Source: Gammaproteobacteria bacterium
Lineage (GTDB): Bacteria > Pseudomonadota > Gammaproteobacteria > JACCYU01
Assembly (NCBI GenBank): GCA_013695765.1
Contig: JACCZW010000103.1
Coordinates: 9,781-73,780 of the forward strand
Length of the DNA stretch: 64,000 bases
Direction: 5' to 3'
Below, in pieces: positions 20,432 to 30,720 of this stretch. The notes under the pieces were generated by a model. That model ran no database searches, was not told where the DNA came from, and was given only the letters and a program-made list of their open reading frames with translations. Every line of letters begins with the position of its first letter. Positions within the stretch are counted from its first letter, which is position 1. Position numbers and translations under genes: made by a program.

Positions 20432-21141
20432 CAGCGTTGCTCCCGCCCAAGCGCGGAATCATCAATGCGCAGCAGCCGCGCCATCAACACCAGCCCGCCG
20501 ATCAAATACGCGCTGCCGCCCGCGAGCAGCATAATCGCGCCGCCGATGTGCTGATCGGCCAGCGGGCTTATGTCCAGCCCGTTGCCACCGTGATGACTGT
20601 GTGTATAAAGCGCACGGGTGCCGAGACCCAGCAGCGCGCCGAGCAGGGTCATATGCATGGAGGTGAGCAGCAGGCCGATGATACCGGCGGCGTGGCGTTC
20701 ATTTTCATTCGGGCGCCCGCCGAACGCCGACAGCCACACCAGCAGCCCTGACACCAGGAACGACGCCTGTTCGAGCGCCAGTCCCGCTGTCGTACCGCGC
20801 GCGAAGCTGTGCAGCGCGGGCGCGTGCCAGCCCCACACGATAACCAGCTCAACGAGCGACGCCGACATGGGCGCGAACCAGGCACGTCTCGTCAACGACG
20901 GATCGGCGCGCGAACCCGCCACACCAACCGCGAGCAGCGGCGCGGCGACCGCGACCACCGTCATGTGCATCGCCATATGGGCGGTGAAGGAGTGGCCCAG
21001 GAACCTCGGCAATGCACCGCTCCAGGCGATGGCAAGTGCGGCGACGCCGAGCAGCAGCAGCGTTCGATGCATCATCGGCAGCTCGTGATGATCAGCGCCG
21101 GCAGCGCGACATAGAAGGTCGCGACGAAGGAGAGGCCGCAC
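20431..21141 (-). CDS. ctaG: Cytochrome c oxidase assembly factor, Caa3-type CtaG
   Basis: A polytopic membrane protein with His-rich segments (HMAMHM, HMTLL, HSHHGG). Confidence 0.55.
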   Translation of the reverse strand: MRPLLRRDLLCRAAGADHHELPMMHRTLLLLGVAALAIAWSGALPRFLGHSFTAHMAMHMTVVAVAAPLLAVGVAGSRADPSLTRRAWFAPMSASLVELVIVWGWHAPALHSFARGTTAGLALEQASFLVSGLLVWLSAFGGRPNENERHAAGIIGLLLTSMHMTLLGALLGLGTRALYTHSHHGGNGLDISPLADQHIGGAIMLLAGGSAYLIGGLVLMARLLRIDDSALGREQR

Positions 21142-21440
21142 AGCAGCATCGTCGCGTAGCCCAGAAAACGGCGGCGGTCGCTACGTGTATCGTCATCGTG
21201 CGGAGGATCTTCGGCACCAAAGCCCCAGTTCCGAAAAGCGTGCAGACCGGCATGCACGATCAGGCCCAGAGCGATCACGGTGATGATCGCGACGGTCAGG
21301 CGCACGGCCCCGAGGTTCGCATCGATGTCACCGGCTTTCGCGCAGTACACAGCACCGACGACGTAACACAATAGAAAATGTGTGGCCCACACGGTCGGCC
21401 CGGCGATCAGGAACCACAGGCTGTCGCGGCTGGCCGGCAT
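21072..21440 (-). CDS. Small membrane protein within the oxidase operon
   Basis: 122 aa with three hydrophobic segments. Its start overlaps the end of ctaD. The call is weak. Confidence 0.3.
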   Translation of the reverse strand: MPASRDSLWFLIAGPTVWATHFLLCYVVGAVYCAKAGDIDANLGAVRLTVAIITVIALGLIVHAGLHAFRNWGFGAEDPPHDDDTRSDRRRFLGYATMLLCGLSFVATFYVALPALIITSCR

Positions 21441-21441
21441 C

Positions 21442-23970
21442 TCACGCCGCCAGCGGGAACAGCGCGATCACGGCAAAGGTCACGACCGTCGTGATCGCCA
21501 TGAAGTGCCAGTACAGCGACACGTTCCAGATGTCGATGTCGTACTCGGCGGTCAGTTTGCCGGCGAGGCTCCGCGCCACGCAGTAGAGCTGCATGATGAT
21601 CCCCAGCGCCGCGTGACTCGCGGTCCAGATGACCAGCACCCACACCGTAGCCGGATAGACGTGCGCGGCGGCAATCATGTTCGACGTCCACGGTCCCCAG
21701 ATAAACGCCGCGCCGCCGGCGGCGCTGAGCAGCGCGCCCGCGATCAGCGCCAGCCGTAGCGCGTGGTCATTGCCCGCGCGGTTCCAACGTCGCGCCATCT
21801 GCGTGAGCGCCCAGGCCGCTATCAGCAGCGCGCTCGCGACGAGCGGCCACATGACGCCGGGCGCCGCGTCGGGCGGCGGGAAATTGTCGTGTATCGTCCA
21901 GTAGAAAAAATACGCGAACACCAGATTCGCAAACGCCGTCATATCGCCGATCATGGTGATGAACATGGCCCACCAGCCCACCGATTTCGGCCCGGACATG
22001 TAAAGCGGCAGGTTCAATCCTAAGCCTACGTCTTTCTCGTTCTTCTCCGGCACCATCGCCGTGCCGTTCCACAGCCACATAATGATGGCGCCCAGCGCGA
22101 ACACGCCCGACACGAGCGCCGCCAGATACCAGTGATACGTGGTAAAGATAAACACGCCGCCGGTCAAAAACGCCGCCGCCATGGTGATGAACGTGTTGCC
22201 GGGCACTCTCAGGCACTGGATGGGCGTGGCGTCCAGCACCGAGGTCACCAGGGTTTCGCGCTTGCCTTCTTCCGCGTCCGGCAGATAGAAGCGGCCCTCG
22301 TCCACGTTCTTCACGAAATCCGGCTGATCCCACAGCGGATAGCGGCTCTCGACGATGGGGATGGACCGCACGCCCCAGTCCGCGCCCGGCATCTCGGTCA
22401 GCCATTCCAGCGTGCCGGCATTCCACGGATTGCGCGCGGCGTACGCCTGCTTGCGCTTCGGCCTTAGCACATCGAACACGACCACGAGAAAGCCGGCGGC
22501 GAAGATGAACGCGCCGACCGTGGACATCAGATTCAGCCAGTCCCAGCCGAGCCCCGACGGGTAAGTGAACACTCGGCGCGGCATGCCGAGCAGCCCGGTG
22601 AAATGCATAGGGAAGAAGGCGACGTTGAAACCCGCGAACATCGTCCAGAAGGCGAGCTTGCCGAGCTTGTCCGAAAGCTTGCGGCCGGTGACGAACGGAA
22701 AGAAATAATAAGCGCCCGCCAGAATCGGGAACAGCGCGCCGCCGATCAGCACGTAATGCAGGTGCGCAACGATGAAATAGGAATCGTGCGCCTGCCAGTC
22801 GAACGGCGCCAGCGCGACCATCACGCCGGTCAGGCCCCCGATCACGAATATGGCCAGGGTGCCGGTGACGAATAGCATCGGCGTGGTGTAGATCACGCGT
22901 CCGGCCAGCAAGGTCGCGAGGAAGCAGAAGAGCTGCACGCCGGTAGGAATCGCGACGGCCTCGGAGGCGGCCGAAAAAAATCCCAGCGAGATCGCGGGCA
23001 GGCCGGTGGTGAACATGTGGTGTACCCAGAGGCCAAAACTCAAGAACCCGGTGCCCACGGCCGCCAGCACGATCCATGAATAACCGACCATCGGCCGCCG
23101 CGCGAAGGTGGGCACGATCATCGCCACCAGCGCGATGGCGGGCAGGAAGATGATATAAACCTCGGGATGTCCGAAGATCCAGAACAGATGCTGCCACAGC
23201 ACAGGATCGCCGCCGCGCGCGGGATCGAAGAACGGCCAGTCCAGCAGCCGCTCCATCTCGAATAGAATATCGCCGGCAATCAGCGGGGGGAACGCGAACA
23301 GAATCATCGCCGCCACCACCAGCAGATACCAGGCGTACAACGGCATGAGATTGATGCGCATGCCCGGCGGCCGGCACTTGAGAATGCCGATGATGATCTC
23401 CACCGCCGCGGCGATCGAGGCGACCTCGATGAACGACAACCCCAGCATCCAGATATCGGCGCCGATGCCGGACATCTCGGGATCGGTCGTTAGCGGCGGA
23501 TACATGAACCAGCCGCCGGAGGGGGCGGCGTTGAAGAAAATCGAGCCGCACACGAACACGCCGCCCAGCAGAAAGCTCCAGTAGCCGAACGCCGACAGCC
23601 GCGGAAACGGCAGGTCACGCGCGCCCAGCATTTCGGGCAAGATGAGGATGGAGAACGCCTCGAAGATGGGGATCGCGAACAGGAACATCATCACCGTGCC
23701 GTGCAAGGTGAAGAGCTGGTTGTAGAGTTCGGCGGAGACGAAGTCGTTTTCGGGCACGGCGAGCTGCGTACGCATCAAAAGCGCCAGCACGCCAGCGAAC
23801 AGAAAGAACACGAACGCGGTGGCCGTGTACCAAAGACCCACCTCGGAATTGTTGACCGCGCCCCAGTAGCGCCAGCCCTTGCCGCTCGCCCAGACCTTCT
23901 TCAGACGCTCGGCCTGCGCGCGCCGGTGGGCCGGATCGTCTTGCGGCGAGGCGTGTGTGGTAGCGCTCAT
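21442..23970 (-). CDS. ctaD: Cytochrome c oxidase subunit I fused to subunit III (caa3-type)
   Basis: 842 aa. The COX1 core (GGWFMYPPL, HHMF, ligand His residues) is followed by a ~250 aa COX3-like C-terminus. Confidence 0.9.
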   Translation of the reverse strand: MSATTHASPQDDPAHRRAQAERLKKVWASGKGWRYWGAVNNSEVGLWYTATAFVFFLFAGVLALLMRTQLAVPENDFVSAELYNQLFTLHGTVMMFLFAIPIFEAFSILILPEMLGARDLPFPRLSAFGYWSFLLGGVFVCGSIFFNAAPSGGWFMYPPLTTDPEMSGIGADIWMLGLSFIEVASIAAAVEIIIGILKCRPPGMRINLMPLYAWYLLVVAAMILFAFPPLIAGDILFEMERLLDWPFFDPARGGDPVLWQHLFWIFGHPEVYIIFLPAIALVAMIVPTFARRPMVGYSWIVLAAVGTGFLSFGLWVHHMFTTGLPAISLGFFSAASEAVAIPTGVQLFCFLATLLAGRVIYTTPMLFVTGTLAIFVIGGLTGVMVALAPFDWQAHDSYFIVAHLHYVLIGGALFPILAGAYYFFPFVTGRKLSDKLGKLAFWTMFAGFNVAFFPMHFTGLLGMPRRVFTYPSGLGWDWLNLMSTVGAFIFAAGFLVVVFDVLRPKRKQAYAARNPWNAGTLEWLTEMPGADWGVRSIPIVESRYPLWDQPDFVKNVDEGRFYLPDAEEGKRETLVTSVLDATPIQCLRVPGNTFITMAAAFLTGGVFIFTTYHWYLAALVSGVFALGAIIMWLWNGTAMVPEKNEKDVGLGLNLPLYMSGPKSVGWWAMFITMIGDMTAFANLVFAYFFYWTIHDNFPPPDAAPGVMWPLVASALLIAAWALTQMARRWNRAGNDHALRLALIAGALLSAAGGAAFIWGPWTSNMIAAAHVYPATVWVLVIWTASHAALGIIMQLYCVARSLAGKLTAEYDIDIWNVSLYWHFMAITTVVTFAVIALFPLAA

Positions 23971-24935
23971 TCGAGACTTTCCAGATAGTTTGCGATCGCG
24001 TCGATATCCTTGTCCGGCAGCATGCCGAACGACGGCATGCGCACGCCGGGCTTGAGGCGTTGCGTGCCTGCGATAAATCGGGCGATGGATTCCGTGTTGT
24101 TCGCAAGCGTGCCCGCGCCGATGGTTTCGCGACCGCTGACATGTGTGAGGTCGGGCCCGATCACCCCTGACGCACGCGTGCCGCGGACGGTGTGGCAGGC
24201 GCCGCAGCCGGTCGCAAGAAACAGATTTCGGCCTTTCTGGATTCGCGGCGCACGCGGCGTAGCGGCCGGGCGCGCCTCCTGCTCAAGCCATTGCGTGAAT
24301 TCATCGTGCGGCATCACGACCACCGAGAATGCCATCAGCGCGTGCGACGTGCCGCAATACTCGGCGCACTGTCCACGATAAACACCCGTCTCGGTGGGCT
24401 CCAGCACAATGCGATTGGTGCGGCCGGGAATCATGTCCACCTTGCCGGCCAGCGACGGAACCCAGAATGAATGAATTACATCGGGACTGGTCAGGACAAG
24501 CTCGATTCGCTGACCGGCCGGCAAGCGTATCTCGTTGGCGCTGATGACGGGCGCATCGCTTTGGATCGGAAAATACTTCACCCGCCACCACCACTGCTCG
24601 CCCGAAACCTCGATACGCAGGCCGTCGCCCGGCGCGCGCAGGGACGGCATCAGCGCCAGCCCGTAGATCAGCAACGCGCCCAGCACGGCCACCGGAAACA
24701 CCACGCCACCCCACACGATGAGCCGACTCGCCGCATTCTCGCTGTGCGCTTGCGGATTGAGGCGCGTGACGTAGATCGCGAAACCAATGACCAGCGTCCA
24801 GATGAGGCCGGCCCCGATCAGCATCACCCAGAACAGTTGCGCGACCCACGCGGCCTCCAGTCCGGCGGGCGCGAGCGCGGACTGCGATCCGCCGCAGGCG
24901 GTGAGAACGGGCGCGGACGCGCATACGAGCCACAT
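23967..24935 (-). CDS. ctaC: Cytochrome c oxidase subunit II with a C-terminal cytochrome c domain
   Basis: The CuA site (HSFWVP…CAEYCGTSHALM) is followed by a CGACH heme c motif. The start was chosen at MWLVCASAPVLTACGG and is uncertain. Confidence 0.8.
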   Translation of the reverse strand: MWLVCASAPVLTACGGSQSALAPAGLEAAWVAQLFWVMLIGAGLIWTLVIGFAIYVTRLNPQAHSENAASRLIVWGGVVFPVAVLGALLIYGLALMPSLRAPGDGLRIEVSGEQWWWRVKYFPIQSDAPVISANEIRLPAGQRIELVLTSPDVIHSFWVPSLAGKVDMIPGRTNRIVLEPTETGVYRGQCAEYCGTSHALMAFSVVVMPHDEFTQWLEQEARPAATPRAPRIQKGRNLFLATGCGACHTVRGTRASGVIGPDLTHVSGRETIGAGTLANNTESIARFIAGTQRLKPGVRMPSFGMLPDKDIDAIANYLESLE

Positions 24936-25407
24936 GTGACCCCGCGTGCGCAGGACCGTGTTGGCTGTGGCGGTACGTCCGCTGTCTTCAGATAAAAACG
25001 GCTGTTTCAATGCGGCATATGCGTACGCTAGCGCTGATGTCACCGGCCAGTTGGCGCGGAGAGTCAGCGAGTATCGGTCGCCGAATGTGGTGCCATCTGC
25101 ATAGCTTGGCACCGTCGAATACGCGCTAAAAGAAAATGTTCGAGCACGTAGTCGATTGCGATACAGACATGCTTCGAACAGGTTAAGCCACATGATGGAA
25201 AACCGCTAGCATTCGGTCCATGTCCCGTACATCACGTAGCAGCCGAATCTTCAACCCGCCTTATCCATCGACTGGCACTGTGGCGCAGGGCGCTGTGAGA
25301 TTAACAGCCGGTCGCCGTACGCAATCCTGAGACATGGGCGCGCGCTACCCTCAGGAGTGCCATGCGCCGGAATGATCAGGCGGCCAAGTTACACCGAAGT
25401 TAGCCGA

Positions 25408-26139
25408 TCAGATCAGCGGTCGTGGCTTTATCGGGCTTTCAAAGTAATCGGCCAATTTCTGCAGAGCCTTGCGATCGAGCAACACGAGCCGCTGCTTGTC
25501 CAGGCCGAAGAGGCCAAGCTTCTGCAGGCGCCGCAGCGTCTTGTTCGTATGCACGAGCGAGATACCGAGCGCGTCGGCGATATGCTGCTGAGTAATGGGA
25601 AAGTCGAGGCTGTCTTTCGTGGCAAGTTCGACCGCTGCTGCGCGTTTGTAAAGGTGGATCAGCAACATGGCGACGCCTTCGAGCGCCGTGCGGCGGCCGC
25701 TGGAAACCAGATTCTCGTCAACCATGCCCTCCTCGTGCGCGGCAAGCCAGGTTATGTCGAAGGCGAGCTCCGGATAGCGGTTGTAGAGTTCCCAGATCTT
25801 GCTGCGCGAGAACACGCACAGTTCAACCTCGGTCAGCGCCTCCACCCCATGCTCTGAATCTCCGAGCAGTTGCGCCTGAAAACCTATCAAATCGCCCGGT
25901 AACAAAAAATTCAGAATCTGGCGGCGGCCATCCGTCAAGGTCTTGAAGCGGAACGCCCACCCGGAAAGTAGGGAGTACAAGCGCGGATCGCAGTCGCCTT
26001 GACGAACGATTTCACGCCCGGCCGACACGTGAATCTGCTCCCGCTTCATCGCGGCGATAAAGTCGAGTTCCTCGACCGTGTTCGGTTTAAATACCGGGAG
26101 CCGCCGCAATGGACATTCCTGGCAGCGAACGTGCTTCAT
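25408..26139 (-). CDS. Crp/Fnr-family transcriptional regulator
   Basis: A cNMP-binding fold is followed by a C-terminal HTH (QQHIADALGISLVHTNKTLRRLQ). N-terminal cysteines are present (CQEC). Confidence 0.8.
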   Translation of the reverse strand: MKHVRCQECPLRRLPVFKPNTVEELDFIAAMKREQIHVSAGREIVRQGDCDPRLYSLLSGWAFRFKTLTDGRRQILNFLLPGDLIGFQAQLLGDSEHGVEALTEVELCVFSRSKIWELYNRYPELAFDITWLAAHEEGMVDENLVSSGRRTALEGVAMLLIHLYKRAAAVELATKDSLDFPITQQHIADALGISLVHTNKTLRRLQKLGLFGLDKQRLVLLDRKALQKLADYFESPIKPRPLI

Positions 26140-26442
26140 GTCTTGGCAACGCGGTCGCCGGAAGGGCTGGTCCCCATAGCATCTATGTCAAAGTACATAG
26201 CGAGAGTGATAACAAGCTGCTAGCGTGAGGTCAAGACAGCCAAGGTCTGATCAGTGGACGAATACTAGACGTTGGCTTCCTTCGCTGCTTGATTCACAGG
26301 AGTACCTCGGATGGATAATCAAGCGCAGCAAGACAGCCGAGCGCCAGGAAGATCAAGGGCAAGATAAATCGGTCTACGGAATTGAGGTGAAGAGAACCCG
26401 TCGCACCTGAACTCGAATAACAAGCACAAGAGGTAATCCATC

Positions 26443-27183
26443 ATGGCAAATCAAACGGGCGTACATGGCAGCGTGTACCGGAATGATGACTATGTAGCCG
26501 TCAATCGTGTGTCGTGGGGCGCGATCTTAGCGGGCACTATCGTAGCGCTGGCCGTCCAAATCGTTCTGACACTGCTCGGATTCAGCATCGGCCTCGGCGT
26601 AATGAGCCAGGCCACGGACACTAGCGCCTTAGGCGGCGTCGGCATCGGCGGGATGATCTGGCTCGTGGTCAGTACGTTGATATCCCTTTACATCGGTGGC
26701 TATGTTGCGGCTCGTTTAGCCGGCGTACCGACCAAGCCAGATGGCGTTTTGAATGGCGTGGTGGTATGGGCGCTCGCCACGTTGCTGTCACTGTACCTGG
26801 CGACCTCGGCCGTCGGCACCGCCGTTAGCGGCGTCGCGGGCATCATTGGCCAGGGACTCCAAACGGCTACAAGTGGCGCCACCACAGTTGCGCCGGAGGC
26901 CGCCGAGGCGCTTAAACGGAACCCTCAGGAAGCGCGTGAGACGGCGCGCCAGGCGGTTGATGAAGTTCAGCAGCAGTACCGTCAAGTACGCCGGCAAGCG
27001 GGACAGACGCTGAACGAAGCGCAGCAGGAAGCGGCACAGACCGCGCGGCAGGCCGCGCCAGTAGCTTCCGGGGCGGCCTTTGGCGGATTTATCGCGCTGG
27101 TGCTAGGCGCAATCGCGGCGGCGCTGGGCGGCATGGCTGGCATCCCCAAAGACGTAGTGGCTTCCACGGCCACTCGCAGGTAG
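26443..27183 (+). CDS. Membrane protein with glycine-zipper repeats (PhnA-like/general stress)
   Basis: Three hydrophobic Gly-rich helices and a central charged coiled region are present. It clusters with stress genes. Confidence 0.45.
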   Translation: MANQTGVHGSVYRNDDYVAVNRVSWGAILAGTIVALAVQIVLTLLGFSIGLGVMSQATDTSALGGVGIGGMIWLVVSTLISLYIGGYVAARLAGVPTKPDGVLNGVVVWALATLLSLYLATSAVGTAVSGVAGIIGQGLQTATSGATTVAPEAAEALKRNPQEARETARQAVDEVQQQYRQVRRQAGQTLNEAQQEAAQTARQAAPVASGAAFGGFIALVLGAIAAALGGMAGIPKDVVASTATRR

Positions 27184-27404
27184 GAGGTAACCGAGATGAA
27201 AAAGGCGTTATTTCTTGCCGCAGGTCGCTTTATCTGGCGGTTGATTCAGAAACGTTCGCAGAAGAGTAGCGGCAGGCACCGGCACAGCCCGTAGCGGAAT
27301 AGCCGCGGCGGTTGAACTGGCGCAAGTGAATCAAGAAGATGCCCCAAGCTTAGAGCAACAAGTTAAAAAGCTCACGGCAATCAGTGTCATTACCAGGAGA
27401 CTTT

Positions 27405-27677
27405 ATGATCAATTTCATCCTATGGATCATCATCGGCGGCATCATCGGATGGCTCGCAAGCATGGTCATGAAGACCGACGCACAGCAGGGAATAATCCTG
27501 AATATCGTCGTCGGTATCGTCGGCGCGTTTCTCGGCGGCTTGCTGCTTTCGCCGCTGTTCGGCATCGCCAGCATGAACCAAGGCAATTTCAGCATAGCGG
27601 CTTTGTTCATCGCGTTCCTCGGCGCGGTGATCTTGCTGGCAATCGTCAACCTTATCCGCCGCGGTAGCGTGCGTTGA
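27405..27677 (+). CDS. GlsB/YeaQ/YmgE-family stress membrane protein
   Basis: MINFILWIIIGGIIGWLAS…IVVGIVGAFLGG is the family hallmark. Confidence 0.8.
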   Translation: MINFILWIIIGGIIGWLASMVMKTDAQQGIILNIVVGIVGAFLGGLLLSPLFGIASMNQGNFSIAALFIAFLGAVILLAIVNLIRRGSVR

Positions 27678-27705
27678 TCTCGGTCACGAACACTGCAATG
27701 GAGTT

Positions 27706-27987
27706 ATGGACATGTTCACAAAATCTCAATCCAGGCGCCAACGGGCCGCTGACGCGGCGCGCGAGGTCGTTGAAAGAGGGACCGAGGGCGCTGCCGAGGT
27801 GGACAGACGTGCGCGAGAAACCGTCTCTGACGCGGAAGAAGTTGTGCGAGACTCCACTCGTCAGGTGCGGCAGCGGTCGGGCGAAGCCTACCGGGATTTA
27901 GCCGACCTCGCATACAACTATCCCGTGGCAACTATTATGATCACCTTCGCCGCCGGCGCTTTGATGGTGTCGCGCCTGAACCGCTAA
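27706..27987 (+). CDS. DUF883 (ElaB/YqjD-like) membrane-anchored protein
   Basis: A charged helical N-terminus is followed by a C-terminal TM helix (YPVATIMITFAAGALMVSRL). Confidence 0.7.
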   Translation: MDMFTKSQSRRQRAADAAREVVERGTEGAAEVDRRARETVSDAEEVVRDSTRQVRQRSGEAYRDLADLAYNYPVATIMITFAAGALMVSRLNR

Positions 27988-28096
27988 GTCGTGGGGTGGA
28001 TTATCCGAGAACAATCCGGATAACCCATATTACGAAGCTGGTGGATTACGGCGCTGCGCGCTTAAACCACTCTTACACACACCAGGAGAGCATGAC

Positions 28097-28279
28097 ATGA
28101 AAGATCCCAAGACAGACAAAACCGAAGGCAAGGCTGATGGAGTCGTCGGTAAAATTAAAGAGACCGCCGGCAAGGTGCTCGGTGACAAAGACCGTGAAGC
28201 CGAGGGCAAGGGACAGCAAGACAGAGGCCATCTAAAAGAAACTAAAGGCGAGGTCAAGGACAAGTTCAAGGGCAAGTAA
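28097..28279 (+). CDS. CsbD-family general stress protein
   Basis: The 60 aa product KTEGKADGVVGKIKETAGKVLGDKDREAEGKGQQ matches the CsbD repeat. Confidence 0.8.
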   Translation: MKDPKTDKTEGKADGVVGKIKETAGKVLGDKDREAEGKGQQDRGHLKETKGEVKDKFKGK

Positions 28280-28295
28280 ACCGCCATCTACTCGA

Positions 28296-28330
28296 CATAA
28301 GGGCGCTTCGAAAACATTCGAGGCGCCCTT
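28296..28330. terminator. Putative bidirectional hairpin between csbD and ccp
   Basis: AAGGGCGCTTCGAAAACATTCGAGGCGCCCTT has a near-perfect 12 bp stem. It lacks a strong T-tract. Confidence 0.4.
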
Positions 28331-28522
28331 ATCCCACGAATCCGGGTCTTCGCGGAAGCGGAACCCAGCCAGTAGCCTGTAACAACTTTTTAAGAACTGA
28401 ATCCGTAGGTCGGAAATCCTTTTCCGACGCGCTGACGTCAAGGGATTGGCGACCTACGAATTCAGCGCTCGGAATGGGAAGCCATGTGACATGGCCTACT
28501 ATTCCGGTGCCGCCATTCCCTG

Positions 28523-29950
28523 CTACAAAGTCCGCAAGAACGCGACCAAATCTCTCTTCTCGGCTTCGGTCAGTTTCGTGCCGACGACAACGTTGAAGAA
28601 TTCGACCGTGTCGTCCAGCGTCAGCAGCCGGCCGTCGTGCAGATAGGGCGGAGAATCCTTGATGCCGCGCAACGGGAAGGTTTTGATCGGACCATCGCCC
28701 GCTGCTTTCCTGCCGTTGATCATCTGCGTCTTGTAAAAGCGCTCGGTCTGCAGATCGTGCATCTGGTTGTCGGTATAGAACGGCGGCTGATGGCAGCTTC
28801 CGCACTTCCCCTTGCCGAAGAACAGTTTCTGCCCGGCCATTTCCGATTTGCTCGCCTTCGCGGAATCGAGTTTGCCGATAAGGTCGAGCTTGGGTGCCGG
28901 CGGAAAATCCAGTATCGACTGGAACTCTGCCATGTTGGCAACCTCGCTGCCGCGCTCGAGGATATTCACGCCTTTCTTGGTCGCAATCACGTTGTCGCCG
29001 TCGAAATACGCGCCGCGTTGCTCGAACTCCGTGAAGTCCTCAATGCTGCGCAACGACCGCTGCGAGCCAAACAAACGCTGAATGTTCACGCCGCGCAAGG
29101 TCGGTATATCGAGGCGGCGCCTGGATTCCTGCGGCCGTGTCTGCGGATCCAGGTGGGTCGCGGCATTGGTATGGCCGTTCGCGTGGCAATCGAAACAGGT
29201 GACACCCAGGCTCGGCCGCTCGGAGCGCCGGTCGGCGGTCAAATTGAACTGCTGCTGGGGCGCCGGCGTGACCAGCAACCGGACTCCGTCCAACTGTTTC
29301 GGCGTCAGGGTGCCGTTGAACAACTCGTAATAATTTTGGGTGGTGACCAGCTGGCCTTTGGTGACATCGCCGAGATCGGGGCGGGTCGTCAAAAACATCG
29401 GTGGGGGAAACTCGGGCAGCAGATGATCCGGCAGATCTAACTCCAGATCGAAGCGCGTCAGGTTGCGGAGCACTTCGCCCTCCTGTTTCTTGATTTCGTC
29501 GATATGAAACTGAGGAAACACCATGCCACCTTCGGCGTGGTTAGGATGCGGCAGCGGCAGAAAACCGGCCGGAAACAACCCCTGGTCGCGGATTTTTTCG
29601 GGGCTCATGCTCGCGAGTTGTTGCCAGGTCACACCGTTTGGTAATTTGATGCGTACGCCTGCCTGAATCGGCTTGCCTTTGGTCATCGTGACGTTCTTGG
29701 CGGGCCGGTCACTCAGATCGTAACGCTGGTCGAGCAGCTTCTTTTGGCGTGCCATGATCTCGGGTTTGGCCGCTTCCATGCGGGCCTTTGTGCTCGCGAA
29801 ACTTTCCTCCTCAACAACCGGAGCGTAGCTCGATGGCGGCGGCTCCTGCGGGTCAGCCGCCGGAGCGGCCGTAGAAAAAATAAGGGCGGTCGCGAATAAT
29901 CCGCCGACCGCCCAATTTACCGGGTTGCCCTGTATCTGATGCTCTGTCAT
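28523..29950 (-). CDS. Di-heme cytochrome c peroxidase (CCP/MauG family)
   Basis: CFDCHANGHT and GKGKCGSCHQPPFYTDNQMHDL match the CCP heme motifs. A signal peptide is present. The start was chosen at MTEHQIQ. Confidence 0.8.
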   Translation of the reverse strand: MTEHQIQGNPVNWAVGGLFATALIFSTAAPAADPQEPPPSSYAPVVEEESFASTKARMEAAKPEIMARQKKLLDQRYDLSDRPAKNVTMTKGKPIQAGVRIKLPNGVTWQQLASMSPEKIRDQGLFPAGFLPLPHPNHAEGGMVFPQFHIDEIKKQEGEVLRNLTRFDLELDLPDHLLPEFPPPMFLTTRPDLGDVTKGQLVTTQNYYELFNGTLTPKQLDGVRLLVTPAPQQQFNLTADRRSERPSLGVTCFDCHANGHTNAATHLDPQTRPQESRRRLDIPTLRGVNIQRLFGSQRSLRSIEDFTEFEQRGAYFDGDNVIATKKGVNILERGSEVANMAEFQSILDFPPAPKLDLIGKLDSAKASKSEMAGQKLFFGKGKCGSCHQPPFYTDNQMHDLQTERFYKTQMINGRKAAGDGPIKTFPLRGIKDSPPYLHDGRLLTLDDTVEFFNVVVGTKLTEAEKRDLVAFLRTL

Positions 29951-30009
29951 GACTCTCTCTCCTCGTGGCTTGTATTGAGACTTCATAAGGCAATCTCGCA
30001 GTGACCGGT

Positions 30010-30251
30010 TCAGTGACAGCAACGCGTTCATGGTGTCGAAATTCGCCGTATAGATAATCGAGCACGTCGCGGCAGTTCATTACAAGCCCCGCGTGGCGCA
30101 GGTTATACAAGTGGAACGCCAGCATCGCCGCGGCAACTCAAGCCGGGCCGCGATCTCGCCAACGGGGCGCGCCGTCCGCCCCCAGCCGCATCAGATAGCG
30201 GAAGACATCCAGGATTTCACAGACTTTTTGCGATAAAGAACTTAAATCCAT
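30010..30251 (-). pseudogene. ArsR-like regulator remnant (paralog of arsR at 12423)
   Basis: MDLSSLSQKVCEILDVFRYLMRLGADGAP… and …MLAFHLYNLRHAGLV align with ArsR but are split by +1/-1 indels in G/C runs (~30124-30170). The wing segment is missing and the 3' end runs into ccp. Confidence 0.4.
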
Positions 30252-30326
30252 TTCCGCGAATTGAACCCGGCCACAAGCGATCTATGAAACGCTATAACCG
30301 GTTAAGAGTAGCTATATTCCATTTCC

Positions 30327-30350
30327 GACAATCAATCCAATTTAACTATT
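30327..30350. promoter_or_regulatory. Perfect 9-6-9 inverted repeat CAATCCAAT-TTAACT-ATTGGATTG, a candidate operator upstream of the arsR-like gene
   Basis: Read directly from the sequence. It lies ~75 bp upstream of the ATG at 30251 on the minus strand. Confidence 0.35.
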
Positions 30351-30720
30351 GGATTGTTGCGATCGTTTATATGAATGGTGCGGCGCTCTGTACTGCGTAC
30401 GTCAGGATCAGCGCATCCGCCCTTCGGGTGTATGCGGGCACCGACCGATCGTTACACATGGCCGTAAAAGACCGCGCCCGAAGTGTCTCTTAATCGGAAT
30501 AACTGACGTCGGGCATCGTGAAACTCAGATTACCGGTGTTGGATGGAAGGTTGGTCTCGTCCGGAAGCGGCGGGCACCTCCGTGGGAAAGGTATTCGAGA
30601 CTTCATTAGAGCCCGGCCTTAGGAAGTGACTCGTTGACTACGCGAGAACACTTCAATAGTCCTAACCACTGCGTGCAGCGGATGCGCCGTCGCGCGGGAT
30701 CGTATTATTTGCAGGTTGTC

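Noticed and set aside
21767-23551. 594-aa ORF antisense to ctaD (plus other long antisense ORFs, e.g. 13244-14512 and 14726-15460)
   Set aside because: Arg/Ala/Gly-rich, low-complexity translations typical of spurious antisense ORFs in high-GC DNA. The opposite strand carries well-supported genes.
25200-26440. FNR-type box TTGAT-N4-ATCAA near the oxidase and regulator promoters
   Set aside because: Only a TTGAT…ATCAA pair with a 24-nt spacer was found (26290-26323), which does not fit FNR geometry. The 6-6-6 palindrome at 26178-26195 is kept as a low-confidence note only.
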